The notes under the pieces are model-generated. The model saw nothing but the letters and a program-made list of their open reading frames with translations, did no database searches and had not been told where the DNA came from. Source: Candidatus Woesebacteria bacterium (GTDB taxonomy: Bacteria > Patescibacteriota > Microgenomatia > UBA1400 > PJMF01). Taken from it: a stretch of DNA of 64,000 nt. Positions 54,216 to 64,000 of the stretch are shown piece after piece (the stretch's first letter is position 1; each line of letters starts with the position of its first letter). The stretch lies in the NCBI GenBank assembly GCA_017999345.1, contig JAGNLY010000003.1:4138-68137 (forward strand), given 5' to 3'. A program made the translations under genes and the position numbers.

Positions 54216-56027
54216 ATGGAAAGCCAAGTCTATTCGCGTTCATTCATTCGTAATTTCTCAATTATTGCTCATATAGATCATGGTAAAACCACGCTAACAG
54301 ACAGGTTTTTGCGTTTCACAAACACGGTTGATAAATTGGATTTTCAAGACAGAATGATGGATAGTAATCCTATCGAAAGAGAGAGAGGAATTACTATTAA
54401 ATTAGCTCCAGTCAGAATTGAATATGTCAGTGAAAAGCATGAAAATAAAACATATATTTTTAACTTAATTGATACTCCAGGCCATGTGGATTTTGCATAT
54501 GAAGTTAGTCGTTCCTTAGCTGCGTGCGAAGGTGTGGTACTTGTTGTTGACGCAACTCAAGGAATTCAAGCCCAGACCTTATCAAATTTTGATCAAGCCA
54601 GAGCTTTGGGATTGTCTGTAATTCCTGTTTTAAATAAAGTTGATCTTCCATCTGCCGAAGTCGAAAGAGTTTCACTTGAAGTTATGGAGCTTTGTGACTG
54701 CACAGAAGAAGAATTGATTATGGTTTCTGCAAAGACTGGTGAAAATGTTCAGGCAGTTTTGGAAGCAGTGATTGATAGAATTCCAGCGCCCGGTGGTGAC
54801 GATAAAAAAGATCCTAGAGCATTATTGATAACTTCTCATTTTGACGTTCACAAAGGTGCGGTTGCATTGATCAGAGTTATTGATGGAGTTATTAAGAAGG
54901 AAAAAATGGGTTTTACTCAATCCAGAGCAGCTTTTTCTCCTGTTGATATTGGAGTTTTTGTCCCAGGAATGAAACCAGTTGAAGAACTCAGAGCCGGTGA
55001 AGTGGGTTATATATCCACTGGTTTAAAAGATATTAAATCTTTAAAAATAGGTGACACACTAACAGCTTTTAGCAAAAGAGATAAAGTTCAGTCTCTTCCA
55101 GGTTATAAAGTGCCAATGCCAATGGTTTATATGGAAATTTATCCAACAGATGCGGGAGAATTTACATTTCTTCAAGATGCGATGGACAAACTTTCACTTA
55201 GAGATGCTGCGCTTATATTTTCTGGAACACATTCGCAGGCTTTAGGTAGCGGACTTAGAGTTGGATTTCTTGGAATTTTACATGCAGAAATTGTTGTTGA
55301 AAGACTTAAGAGAGAATTTAATTTGGAATTGATAGCAACTGTTCCATCTGTTACTTATGAAGTAACCACCAGCTCTGGAGAAGAGCTAATTGTGAGAACT
55401 CCTGCAGATATGCCTGATCCTTCAATTATTAGAGAAATTAGAGAGCCAATTACCACCACAAATATTTTGGCACCTATCAATCAAATGAGTGACATCATTA
55501 ATTTGTGTAGAGACAGAAGGGGTGATTTTGTAAAAAGTTCTCATGTCGGTGGAAGAGTAAACATAGAATGCACTATTCCATTGGCTGAAATAATTACAGA
55601 TTTTCATGACACATTGAAATCTCTTACCTCTGGTTATGCTTCTATGGAATACAAAATAATTCGTTTTGAGCCAGTCGATGCTGTCAAAGTTTCTATTTTG
55701 CTAAATGGCGAAGAAGTTGAGGCATTAAGTTTTATGACTGTCAGAGCCACCGCCCCTCAGCAAGGAAGAAGAGTTGTGGCCAAGCTGAAAGAAGTGATTC
55801 CAAGGCAAATGTTTGAACTTCCGGTTCAAGCTGCAATTGGAGGCACAGTTGTCGCTAGAGAAACGGTCAAAGCATTTAGAAAAGATGTTACTGCAAAGCT
55901 GTATGGTGGTGACGTTACCAGAAGAAAAAAACTTTTGTCAAAACAAACCAAGGGTAAAAAGCGTATGAAACAGTTTGGAAAAGTTGAACTTAATCAAGAC
56001 ACTTTTATGGCTGTTTTGAAGCGCTAG
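54216..56027 (+). CDS. lepA: translation elongation factor 4 (LepA)
   Basis: IRNFSIIAHIDHGKTTLTDR, DTPGHVDF, NKVDL, and the C-terminal LepA-specific region ...YGGDVTRKKKLL.KQ..GKKRMK. Confidence 0.95.
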   Translation: MESQVYSRSFIRNFSIIAHIDHGKTTLTDRFLRFTNTVDKLDFQDRMMDSNPIERERGITIKLAPVRIEYVSEKHENKTYIFNLIDTPGHVDFAYEVSRSLAACEGVVLVVDATQGIQAQTLSNFDQARALGLSVIPVLNKVDLPSAEVERVSLEVMELCDCTEEELIMVSAKTGENVQAVLEAVIDRIPAPGGDDKKDPRALLITSHFDVHKGAVALIRVIDGVIKKEKMGFTQSRAAFSPVDIGVFVPGMKPVEELRAGEVGYISTGLKDIKSLKIGDTLTAFSKRDKVQSLPGYKVPMPMVYMEIYPTDAGEFTFLQDAMDKLSLRDAALIFSGTHSQALGSGLRVGFLGILHAEIVVERLKREFNLELIATVPSVTYEVTTSSGEELIVRTPADMPDPSIIREIREPITTTNILAPINQMSDIINLCRDRRGDFVKSSHVGGRVNIECTIPLAEIITDFHDTLKSLTSGYASMEYKIIRFEPVDAVKVSILLNGEEVEALSFMTVRATAPQQGRRVVAKLKEVIPRQMFELPVQAAIGGTVVARETVKAFRKDVTAKLYGGDVTRRKKLLSKQTKGKKRMKQFGKVELNQDTFMAVLKR

Positions 56028-56099
56028 TTTTAAGATTGTGAGTTTGGGACTTTTGAAGTACATTAATATTTACTTATTAATCTACTAGACAAAGATTTC

Positions 56100-56696
56100 A
56101 TGAAAAAAACCTCAAAAAATTCAAAACCTAAATTGATATTAGGTTTGGTTGGTCCAATTGCGAGTGGTAAAGGCACAATTTCTGAGTATTTAAAATCAAA
56201 GGGATTTAAATATTTTTCATTGTCAGATGTAGTGAGGTCTGAAACAAAAAGTCGTGGCTTAGAACTTAATAGAAAAAATTTGCAAGATGTGGGTAATGAT
56301 TTGAGAGAAAATTTTTCAGGCTCAGTCTTAGTTGATAGGATTGCTGATAAGGTTAAGAAACATAATTTGGTGATTATAGACGGAATTCGTAATCCTCATG
56401 AAATAGCCAAAATTAAAAAAGAACTAGGTGGCAAAATTGTTCATATTTCCGCATATAAAAATAGAAGACTAGAAAGATATTTGGAGCGAGCCAAAGTCAG
56501 AGGTGAAGATGACGCTTCAACCTCAAAATTTAAGCAAGTTGAAGAACGAGATTTGGGTAAAGGTGAGGGAAAAAATGGTCAACAAGTTCTTGAATGTCTA
56601 AGATTGGCTGATTTTAAATTGATTAATAATTCAACGATAGACCAGTTTTATCTCGACTGTCAAAATATGTTAGACGAGCTCTTGTTAGCCGATTAA
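56100..56696 (+). CDS. P-loop nucleotide kinase (dephospho-CoA kinase / dNMP kinase-like)
   Basis: ILGLVGPIASGKGTISEYL P-loop, about 200 aa. Exact substrate not inferable. Confidence 0.5.
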   Translation: MKKTSKNSKPKLILGLVGPIASGKGTISEYLKSKGFKYFSLSDVVRSETKSRGLELNRKNLQDVGNDLRENFSGSVLVDRIADKVKKHNLVIIDGIRNPHEIAKIKKELGGKIVHISAYKNRRLERYLERAKVRGEDDASTSKFKQVEERDLGKGEGKNGQQVLECLRLADFKLINNSTIDQFYLDCQNMLDELLLAD

Positions 56697-56711
56697 ATGT
56701 TATAATAACTT

Positions 56712-57368
56712 ATGTCAAATAAAAAAGTTGGTACGACTTCAGCAGAAAGAAGCACACCAAAACGCCATGTTGATGAATATTCAGAAACGATGAGAAATGA
56801 AGTTTCTTGTGATAATCATGGAGGTACATATGTGCCAAAACCAAACAAATTATCAATTGATATTCAGGCAGAAGACGAACAAATAATTCTTTTGCTTAGA
56901 CAACATTTGCTTACTCAGTTAAATTGGGTATTTATAGCGCTGCTTTTATCCTTAGCACCAATTCTTTTTTCAGCTGCAAATATTTTTGATTTTTTGCCAA
57001 TGTCATATAGAATCGGAGGAGTACTCGGCTGGTATTTATTGGTTATTGGTTTTTCACTTGAGTCATATTTAAAATGGTTTTACAGAGTATTTGTGATCAC
57101 GGATGAAAGAATCATTGACGTTGATATAACTTCAATGATTCATAAAGATATTTCAACTACAAAGTTAGATAAAATAGAGGATATATCAGCTGTTTCAAGT
57201 GGTTTTCTTTCATCAATATTTGATTATGGTACAGTGGTAATTCAGACAGCTGGAACCGAGCAAGTCGTTGAGTTTGAAGACGTACCTCATCCAGCAAAAG
57301 TTTCAACATTATTAAATGAAATGCTGCTTGAAGAAGAACTTGAAAAATTTGAGGGGAGAGTAAAGTAA
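56712..57368 (+). CDS. membrane protein with bacterial PH (bPH_2/YdbT-like) domain
   Basis: Two TM helices, then YRVFVITDERIIDVD...YGTVVIQTAG...VEFEDVPHPAKV. Confidence 0.65.
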   Translation: MSNKKVGTTSAERSTPKRHVDEYSETMRNEVSCDNHGGTYVPKPNKLSIDIQAEDEQIILLLRQHLLTQLNWVFIALLLSLAPILFSAANIFDFLPMSYRIGGVLGWYLLVIGFSLESYLKWFYRVFVITDERIIDVDITSMIHKDISTTKLDKIEDISAVSSGFLSSIFDYGTVVIQTAGTEQVVEFEDVPHPAKVSTLLNEMLLEEELEKFEGRVK

Positions 57369-57604
57369 TGACCACATTTTTACCACAACTTCCAGAAAAT
57401 AATCAATTTCTTTTGATCGGGGTCAAAATCATGTTTGTCTTAGCGGGATTTCTTTATTTGCTTTTTGCTTTATTAATTACAAAGCAAGTTTCACTGATGA
57501 GTAAAACTTTGGGAACTACTCATGCTGCAAGAAATAAATTCTTAGCATTTATACATTTGATCATAAGTATAGGGGTTTTGATATACTATTTACTAGTTTT
57601 GTAA
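57368..57604 (+). CDS. small two-TM membrane protein
   Basis: 78 aa. TAATG-coupled to the upstream gene. Confidence 0.55.
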   Translation: MTTFLPQLPENNQFLLIGVKIMFVLAGFLYLLFALLITKQVSLMSKTLGTTHAARNKFLAFIHLIISIGVLIYYLLVL

Positions 57605-57639
57605 GGTAATTTTCATTTTCGTGTGATAGAATTTCATTA

Positions 57640-59688
57640 ATGATTCGACTAAAGGTAACTCCAGTTGTGGGATTGCCGCAGTTCACTGGCTGGTCTCAAG
57701 TGGCTGAAAGTACATCCTCTTTAAGCACTAGATTAATTAGTGTTTTTGCAATTTCTGGAAAACACGCCGGCAATGTTGGAAGAGACGTTTCAGATAAAAT
57801 TTCAGATTATTATTTTTCAGATATTGAGCAACTTCATCAATTTATTCAAGAACTTATTCTTTTTGTCGATGAGAATGAATGCGAATTATTTATCGCCTGC
57901 GCAATTGTTTCTGGAGGTAAAAGCATTTTTGTAACTAAAGGTGGATCAGTATTTTTGAAACGTGGTGAAAAAGCAGGAAAAATATTGTCTTCGGAAAATC
58001 AAATCAAAATTATTAAAGGAAACTACACTGAAAATGACGTTTTTGTTCTAACCACTTATCAGGCTTCTCAATTTTTAAATGAGATTGAACAAAAATTTTT
58101 ACAAGGATTTGACGTCGATATAATTATCACCTCAATTGTGCCAGGACTTCATGCTCAAGCAGATTCATCTTTATCAGCAATAGTTTTCATAAATCAAGAA
58201 ATCAGAGCAGTGGAAAGTTCTGAAGAGTTAGCAAATTATGCTCAAGGAATTGATTCCGAATCTAGTTCTGGTGATCAAACATTTTCACGATCTTCCTTAG
58301 AAATTGAAAATCTCGATGAAAATCATGAAAGCATTGAGGCAACAATAGACATTGAAGATGATGATGAAAATAAAATAGAGGCAAAAATCGAGTTCATTTC
58401 AGATGTCAAAACTGCCACAACAAATAAACCAAATTATTTCTTTAGTTTTTTTGGAAAGTTTTTTCAGTCATTTAAGAAAATACTTGAAATAGTATTCTTA
58501 ATTACTGTTAAGTCATTTAAAAAATTATTGCATTTAGTAAAGAGTTTTGACGTTAAAAATTTTTCCATTAATTTTGGCTCATTTTCCAATAAGTTAAATA
58601 AGAAACTGATTTTTATAGCTATACTTATCATTTTTATAGTAGTTTTTGCTTTGTCTATTTTTATAAAAAATAAGCAGGAAACAGAGAGAATTAATGGTCT
58701 TATCAACCCATATTTAGAAAAAATTGCCATAGCTAAAGAGCAAAAGGATACAGATCCAATTGCTTCGCGAGACACAGTTCGTGAAGTTATTAACTCATTA
58801 AATGTTTTACAAAAGGAAAATTCCAAAAGTAGTGCCATTAAATTAATTGATAATCAGTTAAAAGATTTATCAAATTTTTATAACGATATTTCTGGCAAGG
58901 AAGAACTCAGCGATTTAGATACTTTTTATGATCTCAGATTAATTCAGTCAGACTATATTGCAAATGATGTTGATGTTATTGGAGATCAACTGGCTATGAT
59001 AGATTCAGAAAAAAAACAAGTTGTTGTTTTGGATGTAAATACAAAAAAGGTTTATGTAAAAAGCTTTTCAGAATATGACAATGTTAAAGATTTATCTATT
59101 AATGCTGGAAAAGTTTTTGTTTTGGCAGATGGTGTTAAATCTTTTGAATTAAAAGAAGATAGTCAAATAGAGGAGGTAAAAGAACTAGGCGACTCTAATC
59201 GAGATGCTTCATTAATTAATACCTACGACAGATTTGTTTATATTCTGAATCCAGAAAAAAGAGATGTATATAGATATTCTATTGGCGAAGATGGTTATTC
59301 GGATCCGGTTGGTTGGATGAAGTCAGCCACCGGGCTTAAATATGATGAAATTACTTCATTTTCAGTTGATGGAGATATTTGGTTTTCTACAATTGATGGA
59401 CAAATTAAAAAATTTTCCGCAGGAAAAGAAGATCGGTATGAAATCAGAGGTTTAACAGAAGCTTTTTCCAAGAGAATAGAGGTTTATACAAATGCTGATT
59501 TAGAAAATATTTATGTTTTAGAAGCAGATGAAAATCGCATAGTTATTTTATCTAAATCTGGAGAATTCAAAAAAGAAATCAAGTCATCATCCCTATCAAC
59601 TGTCGGATCATTCGCTGTCAATGAAAAACTTAACAAAATCTTTGCAGTTTCTGGATCGATTATTTTTGAGATTCCAATTTCTTTATAA
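57640..59688 (+). CDS. large bitopic hypothetical protein (cytoplasmic N-domain, acidic linker, TM, extracytoplasmic beta-rich C-domain)
   Basis: 682 aa. TM LIFIAILIIFIVVFALSIFI near residues 340-360. C-terminal half has recurring strand-like motifs (possible propeller). No family recognised. Confidence 0.7.
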   Translation: MIRLKVTPVVGLPQFTGWSQVAESTSSLSTRLISVFAISGKHAGNVGRDVSDKISDYYFSDIEQLHQFIQELILFVDENECELFIACAIVSGGKSIFVTKGGSVFLKRGEKAGKILSSENQIKIIKGNYTENDVFVLTTYQASQFLNEIEQKFLQGFDVDIIITSIVPGLHAQADSSLSAIVFINQEIRAVESSEELANYAQGIDSESSSGDQTFSRSSLEIENLDENHESIEATIDIEDDDENKIEAKIEFISDVKTATTNKPNYFFSFFGKFFQSFKKILEIVFLITVKSFKKLLHLVKSFDVKNFSINFGSFSNKLNKKLIFIAILIIFIVVFALSIFIKNKQETERINGLINPYLEKIAIAKEQKDTDPIASRDTVREVINSLNVLQKENSKSSAIKLIDNQLKDLSNFYNDISGKEELSDLDTFYDLRLIQSDYIANDVDVIGDQLAMIDSEKKQVVVLDVNTKKVYVKSFSEYDNVKDLSINAGKVFVLADGVKSFELKEDSQIEEVKELGDSNRDASLINTYDRFVYILNPEKRDVYRYSIGEDGYSDPVGWMKSATGLKYDEITSFSVDGDIWFSTIDGQIKKFSAGKEDRYEIRGLTEAFSKRIEVYTNADLENIYVLEADENRIVILSKSGEFKKEIKSSSLSTVGSFAVNEKLNKIFAVSGSIIFEIPISL

Positions 59689-59724
59689 TAGACTTGACGT
59701 GAAGTAAGTTATAATAGCTAACAT

Positions 59725-60171
59725 ATGCTTTTGCTAAAAAATAAAAGAGCTAATCATGACTATGCTATAGGAAAAACCTTTTTGGCAGGTGTTGTTTTGT
59801 CTGGAGCAGAGGTAAAAAGTCTCAGAGGGAAATCTGGTAGTTTTGTTGGAAGTTATGTAAAAGTTTTGAGTGATGAGATTTTTTTAATTAATGCTCAAAT
59901 TACTCCTTATAAATATGCAGACAATTTAAAGTATGATCCAAAAAGAACAAGGAAATTATTATTGCGAAAACAAGAGATTGCTAGTCTGACAGAAGAGCTG
60001 GACAAAAAAAACAAAACATTAGTACCTTTAAGTTTTGAGGCGCTTGGTAGAAATATTAAATTAAGAATTGGCGTTGGTACCGGTCTAAAGCTCCATGATA
60101 AAAGAGCAAAACTTAAAAAGGCAACGATCGCTAGAGACATTGCAAAAGATCTTAAATTTTCTGGAAGATAA
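59725..60171 (+). CDS. smpB: SsrA-binding protein SmpB
   Basis: NKRANHDYAIGKTFLAGVVLSGAEVKS..., PKRTRKLLL.K.EI. Confidence 0.93.
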   Translation: MLLLKNKRANHDYAIGKTFLAGVVLSGAEVKSLRGKSGSFVGSYVKVLSDEIFLINAQITPYKYADNLKYDPKRTRKLLLRKQEIASLTEELDKKNKTLVPLSFEALGRNIKLRIGVGTGLKLHDKRAKLKKATIARDIAKDLKFSGR

Positions 60172-60262
60172 AAAATAAAAATCGCTCTCGACTTTTAGTT
60201 AAATTTAATCTTTAATAGATAATAGGATTTTATAATATAATTTATTAAGGAGTACACTAATT

Positions 60263-60514
60263 ATGCCTAAAAAAGTTTTCTGGCCTGCCTCACTTGTAAC
60301 CATGGGATTTGTTTTTTTGGCATCAAATCTTGGTTACTTGCCTAGAGCTTTTTGGAATCTTTGGCCAGTTATTTTGATCGTTGTTGGCTTAGGTGGACTT
60401 TTAACTTCTGATAGTGATGCTTGGGATACTGCAAAATCAACTGAAGTTAAAAAAGCTCCAGCTCAGAAAATGGCTAAGAAGTCAGCTAAGACAACGCGCA
60501 AAAGAAAGAAGTAG
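60263..60514 (+). CDS. small membrane protein with Lys/Arg-rich tail
   Basis: 83 aa. AAGGAG RBS, two TM helices, tail KKAPAQKMAKKSAKTTRKRKK. Confidence 0.6.
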   Translation: MPKKVFWPASLVTMGFVFLASNLGYLPRAFWNLWPVILIVVGLGGLLTSDSDAWDTAKSTEVKKAPAQKMAKKSAKTTRKRKK

Positions 60515-60516
60515 AG

Positions 60517-61233
60517 TTGAGTAATTTTTTCCACATTGCCATTGACGGTCCAGTTGCGGCCGGAAAAGGTACGATCTCCAGAATTATTGCTGAGAGGCTT
60601 GGTTTTTTGTATATCGATACCGGCGCTATGTATCGAGTAGCTGCTATGATTGCAATTAATAATGGCGTTGATTTTAATGATGTTACTAAGCTCGTGGATT
60701 TAATCGATAAAACAGAAATAAAAATGCACAATCCAGTTGATAGCGAAAAAGACGGTAGACTTACTACTGTTATCGCAAATGGAGAAGACGTATCTTGGAA
60801 AATCAGAACAGAAGATGCTGGACAAGGAGCTGCTATTGTTGGCCAAATCTCAGAAGTTCGAAAAGTTTTAGTGAGAAAACAACAAGAAATTTCACAAACT
60901 CAGAATGTGGTGATGGAGGGTAGAGATATCACTTATCGCGTTCTTCCAAATGCAAATTTAAAAATTTATCTCACGGGCAAGGATTTTGTTAGAGCAAACA
61001 GAAGACATATTCAGCTTCAAAGTAGAGGAATTGACCTTTCTTTTAATCAAGTTTATATGGACTTAATTCATAGAGACAAGATTGATATGGAAAGAGACAC
61101 CGATCCTCTTAAAATTGTTGAAGATGCTTGGGTTATAGACACTACTGATTTATCTATCGACCAAGTGGTTAATTTAGTTGTTTTTAAAGTTAAAATTATG
61201 CAAGAAACATTATCACAAAATGGCCAGAAATAA
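60517..61233 (+). CDS. cmk: cytidylate kinase
   Basis: IAIDGPVAAGKGTISRIIAERLGFLYIDTGAMYR. Apparent TTG start 2 nt after the previous stop. Confidence 0.9.
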   Translation: MSNFFHIAIDGPVAAGKGTISRIIAERLGFLYIDTGAMYRVAAMIAINNGVDFNDVTKLVDLIDKTEIKMHNPVDSEKDGRLTTVIANGEDVSWKIRTEDAGQGAAIVGQISEVRKVLVRKQQEISQTQNVVMEGRDITYRVLPNANLKIYLTGKDFVRANRRHIQLQSRGIDLSFNQVYMDLIHRDKIDMERDTDPLKIVEDAWVIDTTDLSIDQVVNLVVFKVKIMQETLSQNGQK

Positions 61234-61447
61234 ATCAGCAGACTACGAACTTACAAATGAAGAATTGATAAAGAGAACTCAAGAGGTAGAAGACGAAAAA
61301 GAAGATAAAAAAAGACTTCGATTAGAAAACAAAGAAGCTAAGGAAAGAAAAAAAAGACAGGAGCAAAGGGAAAAACTAGTTGCTCCAATTCTCTTAATAA
61401 TCACTGTTATTATTTCATTAATTGTTAAACTTTTGAGCAACAATTAG
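61220..61447 (+). CDS. small charged tail-anchored membrane protein
   Basis: ATG 61220 (MARNKSADYE...). K/E-rich helix, then C-terminal TM LVAPILLIITVIISLIV. Overlaps the cmk end by 14 nt. Confidence 0.5.
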   Translation: MARNKSADYELTNEELIKRTQEVEDEKEDKKRLRLENKEAKERKKRQEQREKLVAPILLIITVIISLIVKLLSNN

Positions 61448-63636
61448 TTTGGTTTTTGTTCAATATCTTGCTTTTTTACCACGCAATATCTAGTATCTTC
61501 TTTAGGTTCAGTGCCTTTTATAAAATATTCATCAACAATTTTTGTGCCTTTGCAAACTTTTCTAGTAACAATGTTGGTTGGAATAGTAAAAATATGTGGT
61601 TCTGTTTCACTAAGTTGGGTTCTCATGATTTTGTTCCATATTGGTGAGGCTCCAGTAATTCCAGAAGCAACATAGCTCATTGAAGTATTATCATTATTTC
61701 CCACCCAAACAGAAACCAATCTATTTGTGGTGTATCCAAACGTCCAGTTATCTCTCAAATTATTTGTAGTTCCAGTTTTGACAGCTACTTGTTGATTGGG
61801 AATATGCAGGGTAGAGATTGGTCCAAAGGCTGGGGTTCTAGCATCGTTGTCAGATAGAATACTAGAAATTAAATAGGCAATTCCAGTGTTTAGAACTTTT
61901 TTATCAAAGCAGGTAATTTTGTGCAAAACACATTCATTTTGATAATAAACTGTTCCTTTGTAGTCTTTAACTTCGATAATTGGATTAACCTCAACATGAT
62001 ATCCTCCAGTTGCAAAAGTGCCATAAACTTCTGTCATATCAAGCATCGTCACTTCGCCACCACCCAAAGTTAGAGACAGCCCAAATCTCGATCTGTCTTT
62101 CCAGGTTGAAATTCCCATTTTTTCTCCCAAGTCAATCATATTGTTAACACCATTTTCTGCCAAAGTTTTAACAGCGGGAATATTGTAAGAAGATGCAAGT
62201 GATTCTCTAATTGTAACGTTACCATGATATTTTCCGTCATAGTTATTTGGTGAATATGGTTTTGATCCAAAGATATTGTAAGTAATTGGAGCGTCACTTA
62301 TAACAGTGTTGGTGGTTTTACCATTAGAGAGTGCGAGGGCATAATTAATTGGTTTGATTGAACTTCCTGGCTGTCTATTTCTAAGCGCGACATTCACTTG
62401 ACCATCATTTTCAAAATCAAAGTAATCTGCGCTTCCAACCATCGCGAGAATTTCTCCAGTTTGTGGGTTGGTCACCATAGCAGCGCCATTTCCCACTCTT
62501 AATCTTTGCAGACTTAGAATTTCGTTATATACAATTTCTTCCACATTTTCTTGAGTTTTGAGATCTAGCGTCGTGGTGACTTCTAGTCCGCCATTATTTA
62601 ACAAATCCTCACCATATTGTTCAGCTAGAATTTTTTTGACATACATCACGAAATGTGGTGCTTTTATATCAATTTTACTTGTATTTAGAATTAAAGTTTC
62701 ATCTTCAGCTTTTTTTGCTGTTTCTTCTTGAATATAGCCATCTTCCACCATTCGTCTTAAAACCTCTTGTTGTCTTTGTACTGCAAGTTCTGGAGTAGAG
62801 CCAAAAGGTGTGTACACTGATGGAGACTGAGGCAAACCAGCAAGTAGGGCGCTTTCTGATAGGTTTAGTTGGCTGGCTTGTTTATTAAAGTATCTTTGTG
62901 CGGCTTCTTCAATTCCGTAAGTTGAACCACCGTATGGAACTTGATTGAGGTACATTTCTAAAATTTCATCTTTGGTATAAAAACCTTCAACCAGAACTGA
63001 GAGTAACAATTCTTTAATTTTTCTACTAAATGTTCGTTGTGAATTTAAAAGTCTGCTTTTGACCAGTTGTTGAGTTATTGTTGAACCACCCTGAAGTCTT
63101 TCACCTTTGAAATTGGCGACTACTGCTCTGGAGATTCCTCTAATTGAAAATCCATGATGGTTATAAAAGTCTTTATCTTCAATGGCAATGGTGGCATAAA
63201 TTAGGCTTTTGGGAATTTCTGACAGTGGAATAATAGTTCTATTTTCTTCTGAGTAAATCTTGAATAACAATTCACCATTTCGATCCAAAATTTTGGTGGA
63301 AACGCTTTGTTCTTTTTTAGTTAAATCCAAAGGAGAGGGTAGGTCTTTGAATATTTCATAGTATGTCCAGTAGGTGGCTGACATTATTAATAAACTGATC
63401 AAAATTGAGATAACAACATGAATTTTATAATTACTAAAAGTTTGTTTGAATGAATCTAATATTTCAAAAAATAGTTGATAGAGAGGGGATTGAATTTTTT
63501 TTGGAGGTGATTTTTTTTCTACCAGAAAACCATTATTTTTGAGTTTTTTGCTTTGGTTTATGGCATAGGAAAGTAAATACCTTTTTAGGTATTTTTTCCT
63601 TGTGGCAGTTAGTTTGATGGAATTTAATTTATCCAT
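61444..63636 (-). CDS. bifunctional penicillin-binding protein 1A (transglycosylase + transpeptidase)
   Basis: GT51 motifs IAIEDKDFYNHHGF, GGSTITQQL, RKIKE. Transpeptidase motifs SSIKP (SxxK) and KTGTTN. Confidence 0.92.
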   Translation of the reverse strand: MDKLNSIKLTATRKKYLKRYLLSYAINQSKKLKNNGFLVEKKSPPKKIQSPLYQLFFEILDSFKQTFSNYKIHVVISILISLLIMSATYWTYYEIFKDLPSPLDLTKKEQSVSTKILDRNGELLFKIYSEENRTIIPLSEIPKSLIYATIAIEDKDFYNHHGFSIRGISRAVVANFKGERLQGGSTITQQLVKSRLLNSQRTFSRKIKELLLSVLVEGFYTKDEILEMYLNQVPYGGSTYGIEEAAQRYFNKQASQLNLSESALLAGLPQSPSVYTPFGSTPELAVQRQQEVLRRMVEDGYIQEETAKKAEDETLILNTSKIDIKAPHFVMYVKKILAEQYGEDLLNNGGLEVTTTLDLKTQENVEEIVYNEILSLQRLRVGNGAAMVTNPQTGEILAMVGSADYFDFENDGQVNVALRNRQPGSSIKPINYALALSNGKTTNTVISDAPITYNIFGSKPYSPNNYDGKYHGNVTIRESLASSYNIPAVKTLAENGVNNMIDLGEKMGISTWKDRSRFGLSLTLGGGEVTMLDMTEVYGTFATGGYHVEVNPIIEVKDYKGTVYYQNECVLHKITCFDKKVLNTGIAYLISSILSDNDARTPAFGPISTLHIPNQQVAVKTGTTNNLRDNWTFGYTTNRLVSVWVGNNDNTSMSYVASGITGASPIWNKIMRTQLSETEPHIFTIPTNIVTRKVCKGTKIVDEYFIKGTEPKEDTRYCVVKKQDIEQKPN

Positions 63637-63735
63637 GAATAATCAAGTCTTAGGCTTGATTTTGGATAATAGCATAACCAAGATACTGATACAATTAGAT
63701 ATAATTTAAATACGTAGCGAATGTATATTTAGTGA

Positions 63736-64000
63736 CTAATTATTTCGTCTAATAATATCTTGAACTTCAACGGCATCTTCTATCGCTCTTTGTCTAGCAT
63801 CTTGTCTCTCTCTGCCTTTAAGCTCTTTCATCTTTTTGTTAAATTCTTCATATAGCATTGGCGCATCTTTATGCATGTTAATTTCATCATTTGTAGCATT
63901 CAATTGAATGTCATCTATGATATGTAATAAAGCATCTGAAAATCTGCTTAACTTAATCATTTCTAATATATGTTTAGCATTATCTTCTTGAATTTTTTTC
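63736..64000 (-). CDS. hypothetical protein, possibly N-terminally truncated by the window edge
   Basis: The tracked 74-aa ORF starts at ATG 63960, but the same frame stays open to nt 64000 (...KKIQEDNAKHILE-MIKLSRF...). Confidence 0.5.
   Translation of the reverse strand, partial: KKIQEDNAKHILEMIKLSRFSDALLHIIDDIQLNATNDEINMHKDAPMLYEEFNKKMKELKGRERQDARQRAIEDAVEVQDIIRRNN

Noticed and set aside
59689-60262. tmRNA (ssrA) next to smpB
   Set aside because: The flanking gaps are only 36 and 91 nt and lack a tRNA-like acceptor/T-arm or a tag reading frame.

Overview
AT-rich bacterial chromosome segment. Tight gene packing, overlapping stops and starts, a 23S-5S unit with no 16S, type IV pilus parts, LPXTG surface proteins and MurJ/PBP1A without outer-membrane genes suggest a small-genome monoderm, possibly CPR/Patescibacteria (inference only). 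Left to right: a MacAB-like ABC efflux trio; tRNA-Ile with anticodon UAU; three tandem minus-strand paralogs for large Cys-rich repeat surface proteins; pgk; rpsA; a small unannotated ORF and two unknown proteins; a promoter, structured leader and terminator ahead of a GC-rich membrane protein; tRNA-Ala, 23S and 5S. A ~27 kb very AT-rich glycan locus (21.1-48.3 kb) follows. It holds GT2, GT4, GT8-like, GT26 and GT75/RGP-like transferases, a Wzm/Wzt ABC exporter, two Wzy_C-type membrane proteins, three GT-C-like membrane proteins, a GT2-YdjC fusion, GDP-mannose 3,5-epimerase, a PglC-like initiating transferase and a PQQ-propeller/GH5-like protein. After it come a murJ-pilN-pilO-surface-protein operon, rpsT, lepA, a nucleotide kinase, a bPH-domain operon, smpB, cmk and PBP1A. 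No CRISPR array, transposase, integrase or phage genes were seen. The best novelty candidates are the six-Cys module family (19 copies in 3 mosaic genes), the GT2-YdjC fusion next to GT-C paralogs, the riboswitch-like leader at 15.6-15.9 kb, and a conserved palindromic element present twice. All calls come from reading the sequence and ORF track by eye; no searches were run.
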